A DNA stretch of 63,853 bases, filler included, from Caldilineae bacterium (lineage in GTDB: Bacteria > Chloroflexota > Anaerolineae > DTLA01), in NCBI GenBank assembly GCA_037446815.1. It is 4 parts of 4 records of this genome, joined end to end, with 100 filler letters (N's around TTAATTAATTAA, not from the genome) between each part and the next. Parts side by side here need not be neighbours in the genome. Positions count along the whole stretch, not along the records: positions 1 to 18,702 come from JBBIHX010000048.1; 3 more parts are not named here. One strand, given 5' to 3'. Shown one piece after another: positions 1 through 9,385 of the stretch. A model generated the notes under the pieces. The model was not told the DNA's origin and did not search any database. It saw only the letters and a program-made list of their open reading frames with translations. Every line of letters starts with the position of its first letter. Positions within the stretch are counted from its first letter, which is position 1. The translations under genes and the position numbers were made by a program.

Positions 1-55
1 TGACAGAGTGGGGAGGCGGCGCGCGGGGCAGACCAACACAAGATGGAACCGAATC
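1..55. repeat. Right end of the composite REP/MITE-like repeat (copy of 48840-48894)
   Basis: TGACAGAGTGGGGAGGCGGCGCGCGGGGCAGACCAACACAAGATGGAACCGAATC is nearly identical to 48840-48894. Confidence 0.85.
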
Positions 56-70
56 CCGAGCGCCCAAAGA

Positions 71-99
71 TTGACAACCGCCCCGCCCCATGCTATAAT
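71..99 (+). promoter_or_regulatory. Sigma70 promoter with extended -10
   Basis: TTGACA (71-76), 17 bp spacer ending in TGC, TATAAT (94-99). Confidence 0.85.
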
Positions 100-104
100 C
101 AGGC

Positions 105-118
105 TGCAAACGTGTGCG
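105..118 (+). promoter_or_regulatory. LacI-family operator
   Basis: TGCAAACGTGTGCG pseudo-palindrome with central CG; 13/14 identical to the site at 15939-15952. Confidence 0.75.
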
Positions 119-149
119 TCCGTCTCGCATAGGCCTGCGGAGGATTGCG

Positions 150-1157
150 ATGGGAGTCTCCATAAAGGACATTGCCAGGGCCGCCGGCGTATCCCACTCC
201 ACCGTCTCACGAGCCCTAGCCGATAGCCCTCTCGTCAAGGATGAAACGCGGGAGCGCATCAAGCAGCTCGCCCAGGAGATGGGCTACAGCCCCCACGCCC
301 TTGCCCGCAGCCTGGTAACCCGCCGCACCCAGACCGTGGGCATCGTCGTTACCACCATCGCAGACCCCTTCGTCTCCGAAATCGTGCGCGGCCTGGAGGA
401 GACGGGACAGAATCACGGCTACACCATCATTCTCTGCAACTCCAACGCGGAGCCGCGCCGCGAATTGGCAGCGGTGAAGGCCCTGCGGGAGAAGCGCGTG
501 GACGGCATCATCGTAACCGCCTCGCGCATCGGCGACCTGTACCTCCCGCTGCTGGAGGACTTCGGCGTGCCCATCGTCCTCATCAACAATCAGCAGACCG
601 GCCGGTATGTATATTCCATCGGGACAGACGACCTGCGCGGCGGGCACATCGCGACGGAACACCTTCTCTCCCTGGGCCACACGCGCATCGGCTATATCGC
701 CTCGCCCAACAACGTCAACTCCAGCCAGGCGCGCATGAACGGCTACCGCGCCGCGCTGGAAGCCCACGGCATCGCGTTTGACCCCGCGCTTGTGGCCGAT
801 GGCGATGGCAGACCGGCGGCGGCCATGGAAGCGACCGCCCGCTTGCTGTCGCAGGGAGGCAACCCCACCGCCATCTTCTGCTACAATGACATGACGGCGA
901 TCGGGGCCATGCACGCCCTGAAGCAGATGGGGATTCACGTCCCGGACGACATCTCCATCGTGGGCTACGACGACATCCCCATCGTGGAGTATCTGGACCC
1001 GCCGTTGACGACCATCCGCCAACGCAAGTACGACATGGGCTGCATGGCCATGGATATGCTCCTGCGCCTGCTGACCGGCGCAACCGACGTGCACGACGTT
1101 ACCATTGAGCCAACACTGGTGATCCGCCAATCCACGCGCGAACCGAAACGGACCTAG
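150..1157 (+). CDS. LacI-family transcriptional regulator
   Basis: N-terminal SIKDIARAAGVSHSTVSRAL HTH, hinge ARSL, sugar-binding domain with DDISIVGYDD and PPLTT; GGAGG RBS before ATG 150. Confidence 0.95.
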   Translation: MGVSIKDIARAAGVSHSTVSRALADSPLVKDETRERIKQLAQEMGYSPHALARSLVTRRTQTVGIVVTTIADPFVSEIVRGLEETGQNHGYTIILCNSNAEPRRELAAVKALREKRVDGIIVTASRIGDLYLPLLEDFGVPIVLINNQQTGRYVYSIGTDDLRGGHIATEHLLSLGHTRIGYIASPNNVNSSQARMNGYRAALEAHGIAFDPALVADGDGRPAAAMEATARLLSQGGNPTAIFCYNDMTAIGAMHALKQMGIHVPDDISIVGYDDIPIVEYLDPPLTTIRQRKYDMGCMAMDMLLRLLTGATDVHDVTIEPTLVIRQSTREPKRT

Positions 1158-1184
1158 CACATCCACCCTGGCAAGGAGGCCACC

Positions 1185-1994
1185 TTGAGATTCGGCGTTT
1201 GCACCTGGATACTTGGCGACATGCCCCTGGGGTCCATCGCCGACACCTTGGTCCGCCTGGGCTACCACGGCATGGAACTCATGGGCGACCTGGGCGCCTA
1301 TCGCCCCGACGAGGTCCGCGCCGTCTGTCGCCGAACGGGCCTCTCGGTGCTGTCCCTCACGCCCGAGAACGTGGACCTGGCCCACCCGGACGCGGCCATT
1401 CGGAATGAAGCCATAGATTACTATCGCCGCCTGATTGACTTCGCCCACGAAGTGGGCTGCCCCATCGTCTCGTGCCACGGCGCGGTGGGCCGCATCCGCG
1501 CTGCCGCCACCCAGCAGGCGGAGTACGGGTATCTGCGAGAAGCGGTCGCCGTGCTTGCGCCGCTCGCCGCCGACGCCAGCATCCGCATCGCCATGGAAGT
1601 CCTCAACCGCTACGAGAGCCATCTCCTGAACACGGCGGCCCAGGCCGTGGCATTCGTACAGGACGTGGGGCATCCATCCGTTGGCATCCTGTTGGACGCG
1701 TACCACATGAACATTGAGGAACCCAACCCCGCGCAAGCCGTTGAGCACGCGGGCGAGCGCCTCTTCCTGTTCCATGTGGCCGATTCCAACCGCGCGGGCC
1801 TTGGGTTGGGCCACACGGATTTCCACGCGCTGGCCGCCGCGCTCAAGCGCATCGGGTACGCGGGCGACATCATCGTGGAATGCACCGCGCAGGGCCCCGA
1901 CCCATTCACGCCGATCAAGGGCGAGGGCTGGCGCGATGAACTTGTCGGGTACCTGCGCCACTCGCGCGAGTACCTGCAACGGGTTTTCGCATAA
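1185..1994 (+). CDS. Sugar phosphate isomerase/epimerase (xylose-isomerase-like TIM barrel, ketose 3-epimerase-like)
   Basis: EVLNRYE, LDAYHMNIEE, HVADSNR..G.GH.DF and E metal motifs; AAGGAGG RBS with TTG start. Confidence 0.9.
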   Translation: MRFGVCTWILGDMPLGSIADTLVRLGYHGMELMGDLGAYRPDEVRAVCRRTGLSVLSLTPENVDLAHPDAAIRNEAIDYYRRLIDFAHEVGCPIVSCHGAVGRIRAAATQQAEYGYLREAVAVLAPLAADASIRIAMEVLNRYESHLLNTAAQAVAFVQDVGHPSVGILLDAYHMNIEEPNPAQAVEHAGERLFLFHVADSNRAGLGLGHTDFHALAAALKRIGYAGDIIVECTAQGPDPFTPIKGEGWRDELVGYLRHSREYLQRVFA

Positions 1995-2013
1995 CATCAC
2001 ATCGGAGGACCGT

Positions 2014-2847
2014 ATGCTTCTGGGATTCAACGGCGCTACCACCATGAGAGCATCGCTGGAGCAAGACGTACAAGCCGCCAGCGCCGCCGGCTTCAAGGCT
2101 TTGGAAATCTGGGCCGGCAAGATGAACCACTACCTGCAAAGCCACTCGCTGGAAGACCTGCGCGCGTTGTTCGCGTCCCACGGAATCCAGCCCGTCAGCA
2201 TCAACTCCATTGAGCACATCACGTTCCTGGGCGATGACTACGCGGACATCCGCGAGCAGTGCCGCCGCTACAGCGAGATCGCACAGGCCGTCGGCTGCGA
2301 TACCATCGTCGTGGTGCCAAGCCCCACCCCTGCCGGCGCCACATGGGATGACATCAAGCGCGAGTCCATCCGCGTGCTTGGAGACCTAGCAGGAATCGCC
2401 GCGGCGCACAACGTCAAACTGGCCTACGAGTTCCTGGGCCAGCCCGATTGCTCGGTGTCCACACTGGCCCAGTGCTGGGAAATCGTGCAGGCCGCCAACC
2501 TGCCCAACGTGGGCCTGGTGCTGGACACGTTCCATTTCTACGCGGGCGGCTCCACGCTGGACTCCATCCTGCGCGTCGCGCCGGACAAGATTTACATCTT
2601 CCACATCAACGACGCCGAGGACAGGCCACCCGCTACCCTCACCGACGCCCATCGGCTGTTGCCCGGCGAGGGGGTTATCCCGCTACTTGATATCCTGAGC
2701 AACCTGCGTACAATAGGGTTTAACGGGCTTTGCTCCATTGAACTCTTCAGGCCAGACTACTGGAAGCGCAACGCCCACGAACTCGCGTCCGACGCCCGGG
2801 CCAAGACCATAGCCCTGCTCGCGCGGGCGGGCTATCACGTCGTCTGA
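2014..2847 (+). CDS. iolI: Inosose isomerase (IolI)-like TIM barrel
   Basis: N-terminal LGFNGATT, YEFLG, LDTFHFYAGGS, FHINDAED and RLLPGEG resemble IolI; inositol context. Confidence 0.7.
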   Translation: MLLGFNGATTMRASLEQDVQAASAAGFKALEIWAGKMNHYLQSHSLEDLRALFASHGIQPVSINSIEHITFLGDDYADIREQCRRYSEIAQAVGCDTIVVVPSPTPAGATWDDIKRESIRVLGDLAGIAAAHNVKLAYEFLGQPDCSVSTLAQCWEIVQAANLPNVGLVLDTFHFYAGGSTLDSILRVAPDKIYIFHINDAEDRPPATLTDAHRLLPGEGVIPLLDILSNLRTIGFNGLCSIELFRPDYWKRNAHELASDARAKTIALLARAGYHVV

Positions 2848-2880
2848 GTACGGAAGGAATCCATTGGGGGAGACGCAACG

Positions 2881-3864
2881 ATGACCATCAGAATCGCCAT
2901 CATCGGCGCGGGCCACATGGGCCGAATCCACGCCCAAAACCTTCGCAAGGACGACCGCGTGCAACTAGTAGCCATCGGCGACATCGTGCCCGCCAACGCC
3001 GAAAAGGCCGCCGCCGAGTACCAGTGCCAGGCCTGCACTTCCCTGGATGACCTCTTCGCCCACAAGCCCGACGCCGTCTACGTTACAACACCCAACGCCC
3101 TGCATCTGGAGCCAGTCATGGCCGCCCTGAATCGCGGCATCCACGTCTTCAGCGAGAAGCCCATGGCCACCAACCTGGGCGAGGCCCGCCAGATTCTGGA
3201 CGCAGTGGAGCGAACCGGTCTCATCTACCAAATCGGCTTCAATCGGCGCTTTGCGCCGGTGTACAAGTTCGCCAAAGACCGCATCGCCCAGGGCTTTGTG
3301 CCCTTCTCGGCCAACGTCAAGATGAACCGAGGCGAGTTGCTCAACCCGCCCTGGGTGGGCAACACAGCCCTCACGGGCGGCTTCCTCTACGAATCCACCA
3401 TCCACCTGCTGGACATGATCCGCTGGCTCATGGGCGAGGTCGTGGAAGTCTACTGCCGCGCCGAGGCCAACGTGTACAAGGAACTTGACGATTTCTCCGC
3501 TATTCTGACCTTTGAGAGCGGGCACCATGCCGTATTCTCGTCCTGTGCCCACAGTTCCTGGGCCTTCCCGTTTGAGCGCATAGAACTCTACGGGGAACAC
3601 GCCTCCATCGTAACCGAAGAGATGGAGAAGGTTACCTACAGCCCGGGCCTCGGCAAGCAGATCCTCACCCACGACTGCTTCCAACTGACCGCAGCCGAGA
3701 AGTGGGGATACGTGGAAGAGGACAGGCTTTTCGTAGACGCTTTGATGGGAGAAGGATTCCCGCCGGTCAAGGCCCTGGACGGCTATCGCGCGGTGGAGCT
3801 GGCGGAAGCCATGTATCGCAGCGCCAAGTTGGGCAAGCCCGTCCGCCTGCCGCTGGAAGCCTGA
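2881..3864 (+). CDS. Gfo/Idh/MocA oxidoreductase (inositol 2-dehydrogenase-like)
   Basis: GAGHMG Rossmann motif, SEKP, GFNRRF, and ESTIHLLD motif. Confidence 0.9.
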   Translation: MTIRIAIIGAGHMGRIHAQNLRKDDRVQLVAIGDIVPANAEKAAAEYQCQACTSLDDLFAHKPDAVYVTTPNALHLEPVMAALNRGIHVFSEKPMATNLGEARQILDAVERTGLIYQIGFNRRFAPVYKFAKDRIAQGFVPFSANVKMNRGELLNPPWVGNTALTGGFLYESTIHLLDMIRWLMGEVVEVYCRAEANVYKELDDFSAILTFESGHHAVFSSCAHSSWAFPFERIELYGEHASIVTEEMEKVTYSPGLGKQILTHDCFQLTAAEKWGYVEEDRLFVDALMGEGFPPVKALDGYRAVELAEAMYRSAKLGKPVRLPLEA

Positions 3865-3971
3865 CGGGGCGATGAAAGGAGGTGGTAGCTCAGCAACATT
3901 CGGATACCAGGTAGGATTGTACGTATCGGCGTATCGCATCCAGTTCAGAATCTCAAGAGGGGAGGAGAACC

Positions 3972-5210
3972 ATGCGTAAGTCACTGTTTCTGGTTGTAAG
4001 CCTGTTGCTGATTGCAGCGGCCGTGCTGCCGGCCTGTGGGCCGACCCCGACGCCGGAAAAGGTCATCGTCAAAGAGACGGTGCCGGTTACCGTCAAGGAA
4101 ACCGTCGTGGTGCCGGTTACCGCCACGCCGCCGCCCCCGCCGCCCTCGGAAATCACCGTCGTGGACACCAACTCCGGCGCCAACTTCCAGTTGTTCTGGC
4201 AGACCCGAATCCTCCCGGCCGTCCAGGAGCAACTGGGCGTCAAGATCAACTACGTGGTCTCCAAGGGCGCTGAGGTTGCCGAGCGCATGAAGGCCTGGGA
4301 GCCGGGCAAGGGCGACATCCACCTGCTGTTCATGAAGCCGGACGACCTGGCGAACCTCATCAAGAGCAACATCCCGCTGGTCAAACTGTATCCCGACCAG
4401 TTGGATGCCATCCCGAACCTGGCCAAGTGCCCGGAGGCGTACCTGAAGACGGCGCAGGGCGTGGACATCCAGGGAACAGGCGCGCTCTACTGGCGCAGCC
4501 AGTACACGCTCATCTACAACACCGAATACGTGAAGAACCCGCCAACGTCCTGGAAGGAATTCTACGAGCGCCGCGCCGAGTGGAAGGGCCACATCGGCTG
4601 GATGCGCCCCGACTCCAAGTCCGGCTCGGGCCGCAGCCTGCCCTACGCCTTCGTCAACGCCTTCGTCCCGCTCGCCAATCCGGATGAAAGCCCCATCCCG
4701 CTGGCCGAACTGGAGAAGAAGCCGGAATACCAGGACGCCATCGCCAAGTTGAAGGATTTCCTCACCTACTGCAAGATCGCCAACGAGCCCACCAACATGT
4801 TTGAGGACTTCAACGCCGGCGATACCTGGATCGCGGTGTACGCTATGGACTACTCGCTGTGGTCCATCAGCCAGGGCACCATGCCGCCCACCATCGCCGC
4901 CGGCTCCCTCAGCGACGGCCTGCCCGCCGGCTCCGACGGTTACCTGGCCATCCCGGCCAATATCCCCGAGGAGTACAAGCCAGTGGTCATGAAGGTCATC
5001 AACTACCTGCTGTCGGATGACCAGCAAATTCGCCTCATCACCGAGATGTGGCAGTACACCGGCACCGACATTGAGGACAAGATTCCCGATGTCGTGTGGC
5101 GCAAGATCCCGAAGTGGGGCGAGGTGGAAAAGGTCCGGGTACGGCTCAACAACAAGGAGTTCACCGACTGGGTGAAGGAAAAGGGAGCCGAGGTGCTCCT
5201 GCCCAAGTAG
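3972..5210 (+). CDS. ABC transporter substrate-binding lipoprotein (PotD-like; probably inositol or inositol phosphate)
   Basis: Lipobox LPAC, Pro/Thr linker, IYNTEYVKNPPTSWKE motif; followed by permeases and ATPase. Confidence 0.85.
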   Translation: MRKSLFLVVSLLLIAAAVLPACGPTPTPEKVIVKETVPVTVKETVVVPVTATPPPPPPSEITVVDTNSGANFQLFWQTRILPAVQEQLGVKINYVVSKGAEVAERMKAWEPGKGDIHLLFMKPDDLANLIKSNIPLVKLYPDQLDAIPNLAKCPEAYLKTAQGVDIQGTGALYWRSQYTLIYNTEYVKNPPTSWKEFYERRAEWKGHIGWMRPDSKSGSGRSLPYAFVNAFVPLANPDESPIPLAELEKKPEYQDAIAKLKDFLTYCKIANEPTNMFEDFNAGDTWIAVYAMDYSLWSISQGTMPPTIAAGSLSDGLPAGSDGYLAIPANIPEEYKPVVMKVINYLLSDDQQIRLITEMWQYTGTDIEDKIPDVVWRKIPKWGEVEKVRVRLNNKEFTDWVKEKGAEVLLPK

Positions 5211-5223
5211 TCGGCCCATGCAC

Positions 5224-5259
5224 AGTGATCTGGGCGTCCGCCGCGACGCCCAGATCACT
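5224..5259 (+). other. Stem-loop after the binding-protein gene (mRNA stabiliser)
   Basis: AGTGATCTGGGCGTC ... GACGCCCAGATCACT perfect inverted repeat with no U-tract. Confidence 0.65.
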
Positions 5260-5306
5260 CCCATGCGGCCACTTCGCCCGATTCTCACACGGAGACGTCA
5301 AGGGTC

Positions 5307-6164
5307 ATGACTTCATTCTTCAAGAGGCGCCGCTACGGTTTGATTAGCCTGCTGATGCTCCTGCCGGGTCTCGCCAGTTTCTTCGGCCTGTTCTTCTACC
5401 CGATGCTCGTTACCGTCGTCCGCAGTTTCCGCCCCGAAGGACTCACCGAGGGGTGGACGCTGGAGCACTACGCGGGGTTTCTCGGCCAGGCCTCCACGCG
5501 CCAGGTTATCCTGCTCACCTTCTTCCTCGCCATCGCGTGCACGCTCCTTTCCATCGTGCTTTCCGTGCCGCTGACGCTTCTGCTGCGCCAGAAACTGGCG
5601 GGGCATCGCCTTTTCCGGCTGACGATTCTCATTCCCATCACCGTGCCGGGCTTGGTGGGCGCGCTCGGCCTTCTGCTGTTCTACGGCAGCCGCGGTTGGC
5701 TCAACTTGCTGCTGATACAGGGACTGCGGGTGGTGCAGGACCCCGTGAAGATCAACTACACGCTGACCGGCCTCGTCATCTTCTATGTGTGGCATTATTT
5801 CTCCTACACGGCCGTTACGACGCTATCCACGCTAGAGGGCCTGGACCCTGCCTTTGAGGAGGCGGCGCGCGTCGCCGGAGCAAGCCCGTGGCAGGTGCTG
5901 CGCCACGTGGTCCTCCCGCTCATCATGCCGGGCATCCTCGCGGGTTCCGTGCTGACGTTCATGGCGGCATTCGGCGCGTTTAGCATCCCGCTCATCACCG
6001 GCGGCAGTTACCGACCGCTCGCCGTGCAGATTTACAAGCAGATTGAGGTGTACACCCCCGCGCGGTGGGAAGCCGCCAGCGCCATGGCCGTTGTCATGGC
6101 CCTGCTGCAACTGGTCTTCCTCACCTTCTATATGCGCGTGCTAAGGAGACCGTCCGCATCATGA
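5307..6164 (+). CDS. ABC transporter permease
   Basis: Hydrophobic; EEAARVAGA EAA loop. Confidence 0.92.
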   Translation: MTSFFKRRRYGLISLLMLLPGLASFFGLFFYPMLVTVVRSFRPEGLTEGWTLEHYAGFLGQASTRQVILLTFFLAIACTLLSIVLSVPLTLLLRQKLAGHRLFRLTILIPITVPGLVGALGLLLFYGSRGWLNLLLIQGLRVVQDPVKINYTLTGLVIFYVWHYFSYTAVTTLSTLEGLDPAFEEAARVAGASPWQVLRHVVLPLIMPGILAGSVLTFMAAFGAFSIPLITGGSYRPLAVQIYKQIEVYTPARWEAASAMAVVMALLQLVFLTFYMRVLRRPSAS

Positions 6165-6997
6165 AGACGCTGCGACAGTACCTGCGAGCCTTGCTCAACG
6201 CCAAGCGACTGCTAGCCTACACATTTCTGCTCTGCTTCTTCCTATGGGTTACCACGCCCTTCCTGATGATCCTGCTCAAATCCCTCGGGCGCAACTGGTT
6301 CGGCAAACTGTGGCTCCCGCCCGAGTTCACGCTGGACTGGTACAAATGGGCCGTCACGGTAACCAACATCCCGGAGGTGCTCCGCAACACGCTGATTATC
6401 GCGGGCATCGCCGTGGGCATCTCCACGCTCATCGCGATTCCCACGGGCTGGGCGCTGGGCCGCCGCAAGATCCCCGGCAAGGAAGTGATTATGTCAACCA
6501 TACTCCTGCCGCGCATGATCCCGCCCATCGCCTACGCCCTGGGCGTGGCGCAAATCTTCTACCGCCTGCACCTGATTGACACCCACCTCGGCGTCGCCAT
6601 CGCCCACGTCGCCATCTGCGCGCCCTATGCCATCCTGGTGCTCGCGTCCACCTTTGAGGGCCTGGATGAGCGCGTGCTGGAAGCCGCCAGCGTGTGCGGG
6701 GCCAACAACCTGCGCACCTTCTTCCACGTTACGCTCCCGTTGGTCATGCCGGGCATCCTCTCGTCCATCATCTTCACCTTCACGACCTCGTACAACGAGT
6801 TCACGCTCACGCTGATGACCTACGGCCCGAAGACCATAACCCTCCCCGTCCGCACCTACCTGGCCGTCGGTGAGGGCTACTGGGAGGTAACGAGCGCCCT
6901 GTCCATGATTCTCATCATCCCCTCGCTCTTCGTGCTGTTCATGATCCAGCGCCAGGTTCAGCCGGAGAAACTGGTGGGCGGATTCAAGGGCGTGTGA
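6161..6997 (+). CDS. ABC transporter permease (PotC-like)
   Basis: Hydrophobic; LEAASVCGA EAA loop; ATGA overlap with previous gene. Confidence 0.92.
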   Translation: MKTLRQYLRALLNAKRLLAYTFLLCFFLWVTTPFLMILLKSLGRNWFGKLWLPPEFTLDWYKWAVTVTNIPEVLRNTLIIAGIAVGISTLIAIPTGWALGRRKIPGKEVIMSTILLPRMIPPIAYALGVAQIFYRLHLIDTHLGVAIAHVAICAPYAILVLASTFEGLDERVLEAASVCGANNLRTFFHVTLPLVMPGILSSIIFTFTTSYNEFTLTLMTYGPKTITLPVRTYLAVGEGYWEVTSALSMILIIPSLFVLFMIQRQVQPEKLVGGFKGV

Positions 6998-7025
6998 GGA
7001 TTCAAGGATACCCACATCGGAGGCC

Positions 7026-8117
7026 ATGATGTCCGACTGGATGATTGAACTTGTGGATGTTACCAAACGCTATGGCAACATCGTTGCCAACGATCACGTA
7101 ACGCTGCGCATTCGTCGGGGCGAACTCATGACGCTGCTGGGCCCCAGCGGCTGCGGCAAGACCACCGCCCTGCGCTGCATCACCGGCCAGAACATCCCCG
7201 ACGAGGGGCGCGTGTTCATTGACGGCAAGGACGTTACCGACGTGCCAACCCATCGGCGGGAACTGGGAATGGTCTTCCAGAACTTCGCCCTGTTCCCGCA
7301 CATGACCGTCTTTGAAAACGTGGAGTTTCCGCTGATGATCCGCCGCATGGACAAGGCCGAGCGCGCCGGCCTGGTGCGAGACGCGCTCAAATTGGTGCGG
7401 CTGGAAGGGTACGAAAAGCACTATCCGCGGCAACTGTCCGGCGGGCAGCAGCAGCGCGTGGGATTGGCCCGCGCCCTTGTGTACCGCCCCAAGGTGCTGC
7501 TCCTGGACGAGCCGCTTTCCAACCTGGACGCCAAATTGCGCGAAGAAATGCGGTTTGAAATCAAGGACCTGCAGAGGCGCCTCGGCATCACCGCCGTGTA
7601 CGTTACCCACGACCAGGAGGAAGCCCTGGCCCTTTCGGACAGGGTCGCCGTGATGAACAAAGGCTGCGTCCAACAGGTGGGCACGCCCGCCGAAATCTAC
7701 GACCACCCCGCCACCAAATTCGTCGCCGACTTCATCGGCCTGTCCGACTTCATCCCCGCCAAGGTGCTCGCCGTGGAATCCGAGCGCGTCATCCTGGACG
7801 TGCAGGGCGAGCGCATTGCCGTCCCGCCCGTGGCATCGGTGCATGCGGGCATGGACGTGCTCCTGTTCATCCGCCCGAACGACGTGCGCCTGCGCGCGGC
7901 AGAGGGCCAGAAACTCCCCAACGAAATCGCGGGCGTCATCGCCAAGAGCACCTACCTCGGCGACAAGTTTGACTACCGCGTGGACGTGCGCGGCGTTGAG
8001 GTGCGCGTCCAGACCCACGGGGCAGAACGGTTTGACAACGGCCAGGCCGTCTATCTCCATCTACCCTACGAGCGATGCCGCGTCATCTTGGAAAGCCTGG
8101 TTTGCCCCGTGAGGTAA
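7026..8117 (+). CDS. ABC transporter ATP-binding protein (PotA-like, TOBE domain)
   Basis: GPSGCGKT, LSGGQQQR, LLLDEP, HDQEEA. Confidence 0.95.
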   Translation: MMSDWMIELVDVTKRYGNIVANDHVTLRIRRGELMTLLGPSGCGKTTALRCITGQNIPDEGRVFIDGKDVTDVPTHRRELGMVFQNFALFPHMTVFENVEFPLMIRRMDKAERAGLVRDALKLVRLEGYEKHYPRQLSGGQQQRVGLARALVYRPKVLLLDEPLSNLDAKLREEMRFEIKDLQRRLGITAVYVTHDQEEALALSDRVAVMNKGCVQQVGTPAEIYDHPATKFVADFIGLSDFIPAKVLAVESERVILDVQGERIAVPPVASVHAGMDVLLFIRPNDVRLRAAEGQKLPNEIAGVIAKSTYLGDKFDYRVDVRGVEVRVQTHGAERFDNGQAVYLHLPYERCRVILESLVCPVR

Positions 8118-8120
8118 TGC

Positions 8121-9014
8121 ATGACAACACAAACCTTTGACATCGTATTCATCGGCGACTTCGCCCGAGATATCCTCGTCCACGGCGCAGAGCGCGTCGC
8201 GGCTTCGGGCGGGTCCGTGTACTACGGCGCGGTTGCCGTGGCGAGGCTCGGGATTCGCACCGGCGTCATCACGCGCCTGCACCCCAAGGACTTCCCGTTC
8301 CTGGACGAACTCAAGGCCGAGGGGATTTCGGTGTACGCCCAAGCCGCGCCCGAGACCTCCGGCATTGAGAACATCTACAACACCGCCGACCGAGACCGCC
8401 GCATCTGCCATCCCATCGGCCACGCGGGCCTGTTTGACGCCAACGACCTGCCTCGCTGGCGCGCCCGCTACGTGTTCATCGGCCCCATCATGGCGGGCAT
8501 TGTGTCGCTGGACCTGGTGAGGCGCTATGCGCGAAAAGCAAAGATCGCGCTGGACATCCAGGGATTCGTCCGCGTGCCGCACGGCAACGACCTCATCACC
8601 GAGGAATGGCCGGAGCGGCGCGAGGGGCTGGCGCTGGTCCACACGCTGAAACTGGACCAGGCCGAGGCCGAGGCGCTCACGGGCGAAACCGACCCGCTCC
8701 TCGTGTTGCCCAAGGTTGCCGCATACGGCCCCAGGGAGATCGTTCTCACGCATGCCTCAGGCGTTACGGTGTGGGCCGAGGGGAAGGTGTACCAGGCGCC
8801 GTTCGTCGCGGAGAACCTCAGCGGCCGCACGGGCCGCGGCGACACGTGCATCTCCACGTACCTAGCCCGCCGCCTGACCCACGAGCCCGACGAGGCGTGC
8901 CGCTTTGCTGCCGCCGCCACGTCGCTCAAACTCCCGCAGCCCGGCCCCCTCCGCCGCACTCTGGCGGAGATTGAGGCACTCGCCGCGACGCTGCCGGTGA
9001 GGGTGCTGCGGTAG
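8121..9014 (+). CDS. iolK: PfkB/ribokinase-family kinase, probable myo-inositol kinase
   Basis: Atypical GRTGRGDTC anion-hole motif, DIQGFVRVP and THASGV, as I recall from Thermotoga IolK; inositol context. Confidence 0.75.
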   Translation: MTTQTFDIVFIGDFARDILVHGAERVAASGGSVYYGAVAVARLGIRTGVITRLHPKDFPFLDELKAEGISVYAQAAPETSGIENIYNTADRDRRICHPIGHAGLFDANDLPRWRARYVFIGPIMAGIVSLDLVRRYARKAKIALDIQGFVRVPHGNDLITEEWPERREGLALVHTLKLDQAEAEALTGETDPLLVLPKVAAYGPREIVLTHASGVTVWAEGKVYQAPFVAENLSGRTGRGDTCISTYLARRLTHEPDEACRFAAAATSLKLPQPGPLRRTLAEIEALAATLPVRVLR

Positions 9015-9063
9015 TAGGGCAAAGTGGCACCCTACTCTACCTCATCAAGCGATTCCTGGATTG

Positions 9064-9300
9064 ATGACCATGAGACAGAGTCCGCAAGAACCCCAATTCG
9101 CGATCTGCATCCGCAACGAAGGAGCGGAAGACCTGGAAGTGCGCAAGGTCTACCGAGTCCTCGCGGACGAGTCCGCAGCCAGGGACGGTTACGTGAGGGT
9201 CATTGACGAATCCGGCGAGGACTATCTATACCCTGCGGACTACTTCGTCCGTCTGGAGCTGCCCCAGGAGGCTGTGGCCGCGCTGGCCCTGACGGCGTGA
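9064..9300 (+). CDS. Small conserved hypothetical protein (VIDESGEDYLYP motif)
   Basis: About 78 aa ORF with a motif seen in widespread small hypothetical proteins (from recall). Confidence 0.7.
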   Translation: MTMRQSPQEPQFAICIRNEGAEDLEVRKVYRVLADESAARDGYVRVIDESGEDYLYPADYFVRLELPQEAVAALALTA

Positions 9301-9324
9301 ATCTGCGCCGTTCGGCCAGCCGTT

Positions 9325-9373
9325 TCCTCTCTTCCCTGCCTGCGGGGAAGAGGGGCCGGGGGTGATGGGGTGA
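9325..9373. repeat. REP-like palindrome, family D (CCTCTC..GAGGG / GGGGTGA type)
   Basis: CTCTTCCC..GGGAAGAG hairpin then GGGGTGATGGGGTGA; related copies at 18686, 37241, 39270 and 62032. Confidence 0.6.
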
Positions 9374-9385
9374 AGCCCCCACCCC

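Noticed and set aside
216..2120. Long antisense or alternate-frame ORFs (also 23913-25418, 46765-48726, 49894-51399, 56763-58856, 60395-62113)
   Set aside because: Shadows of well-supported genes in GC-rich DNA with no recognisable motifs.
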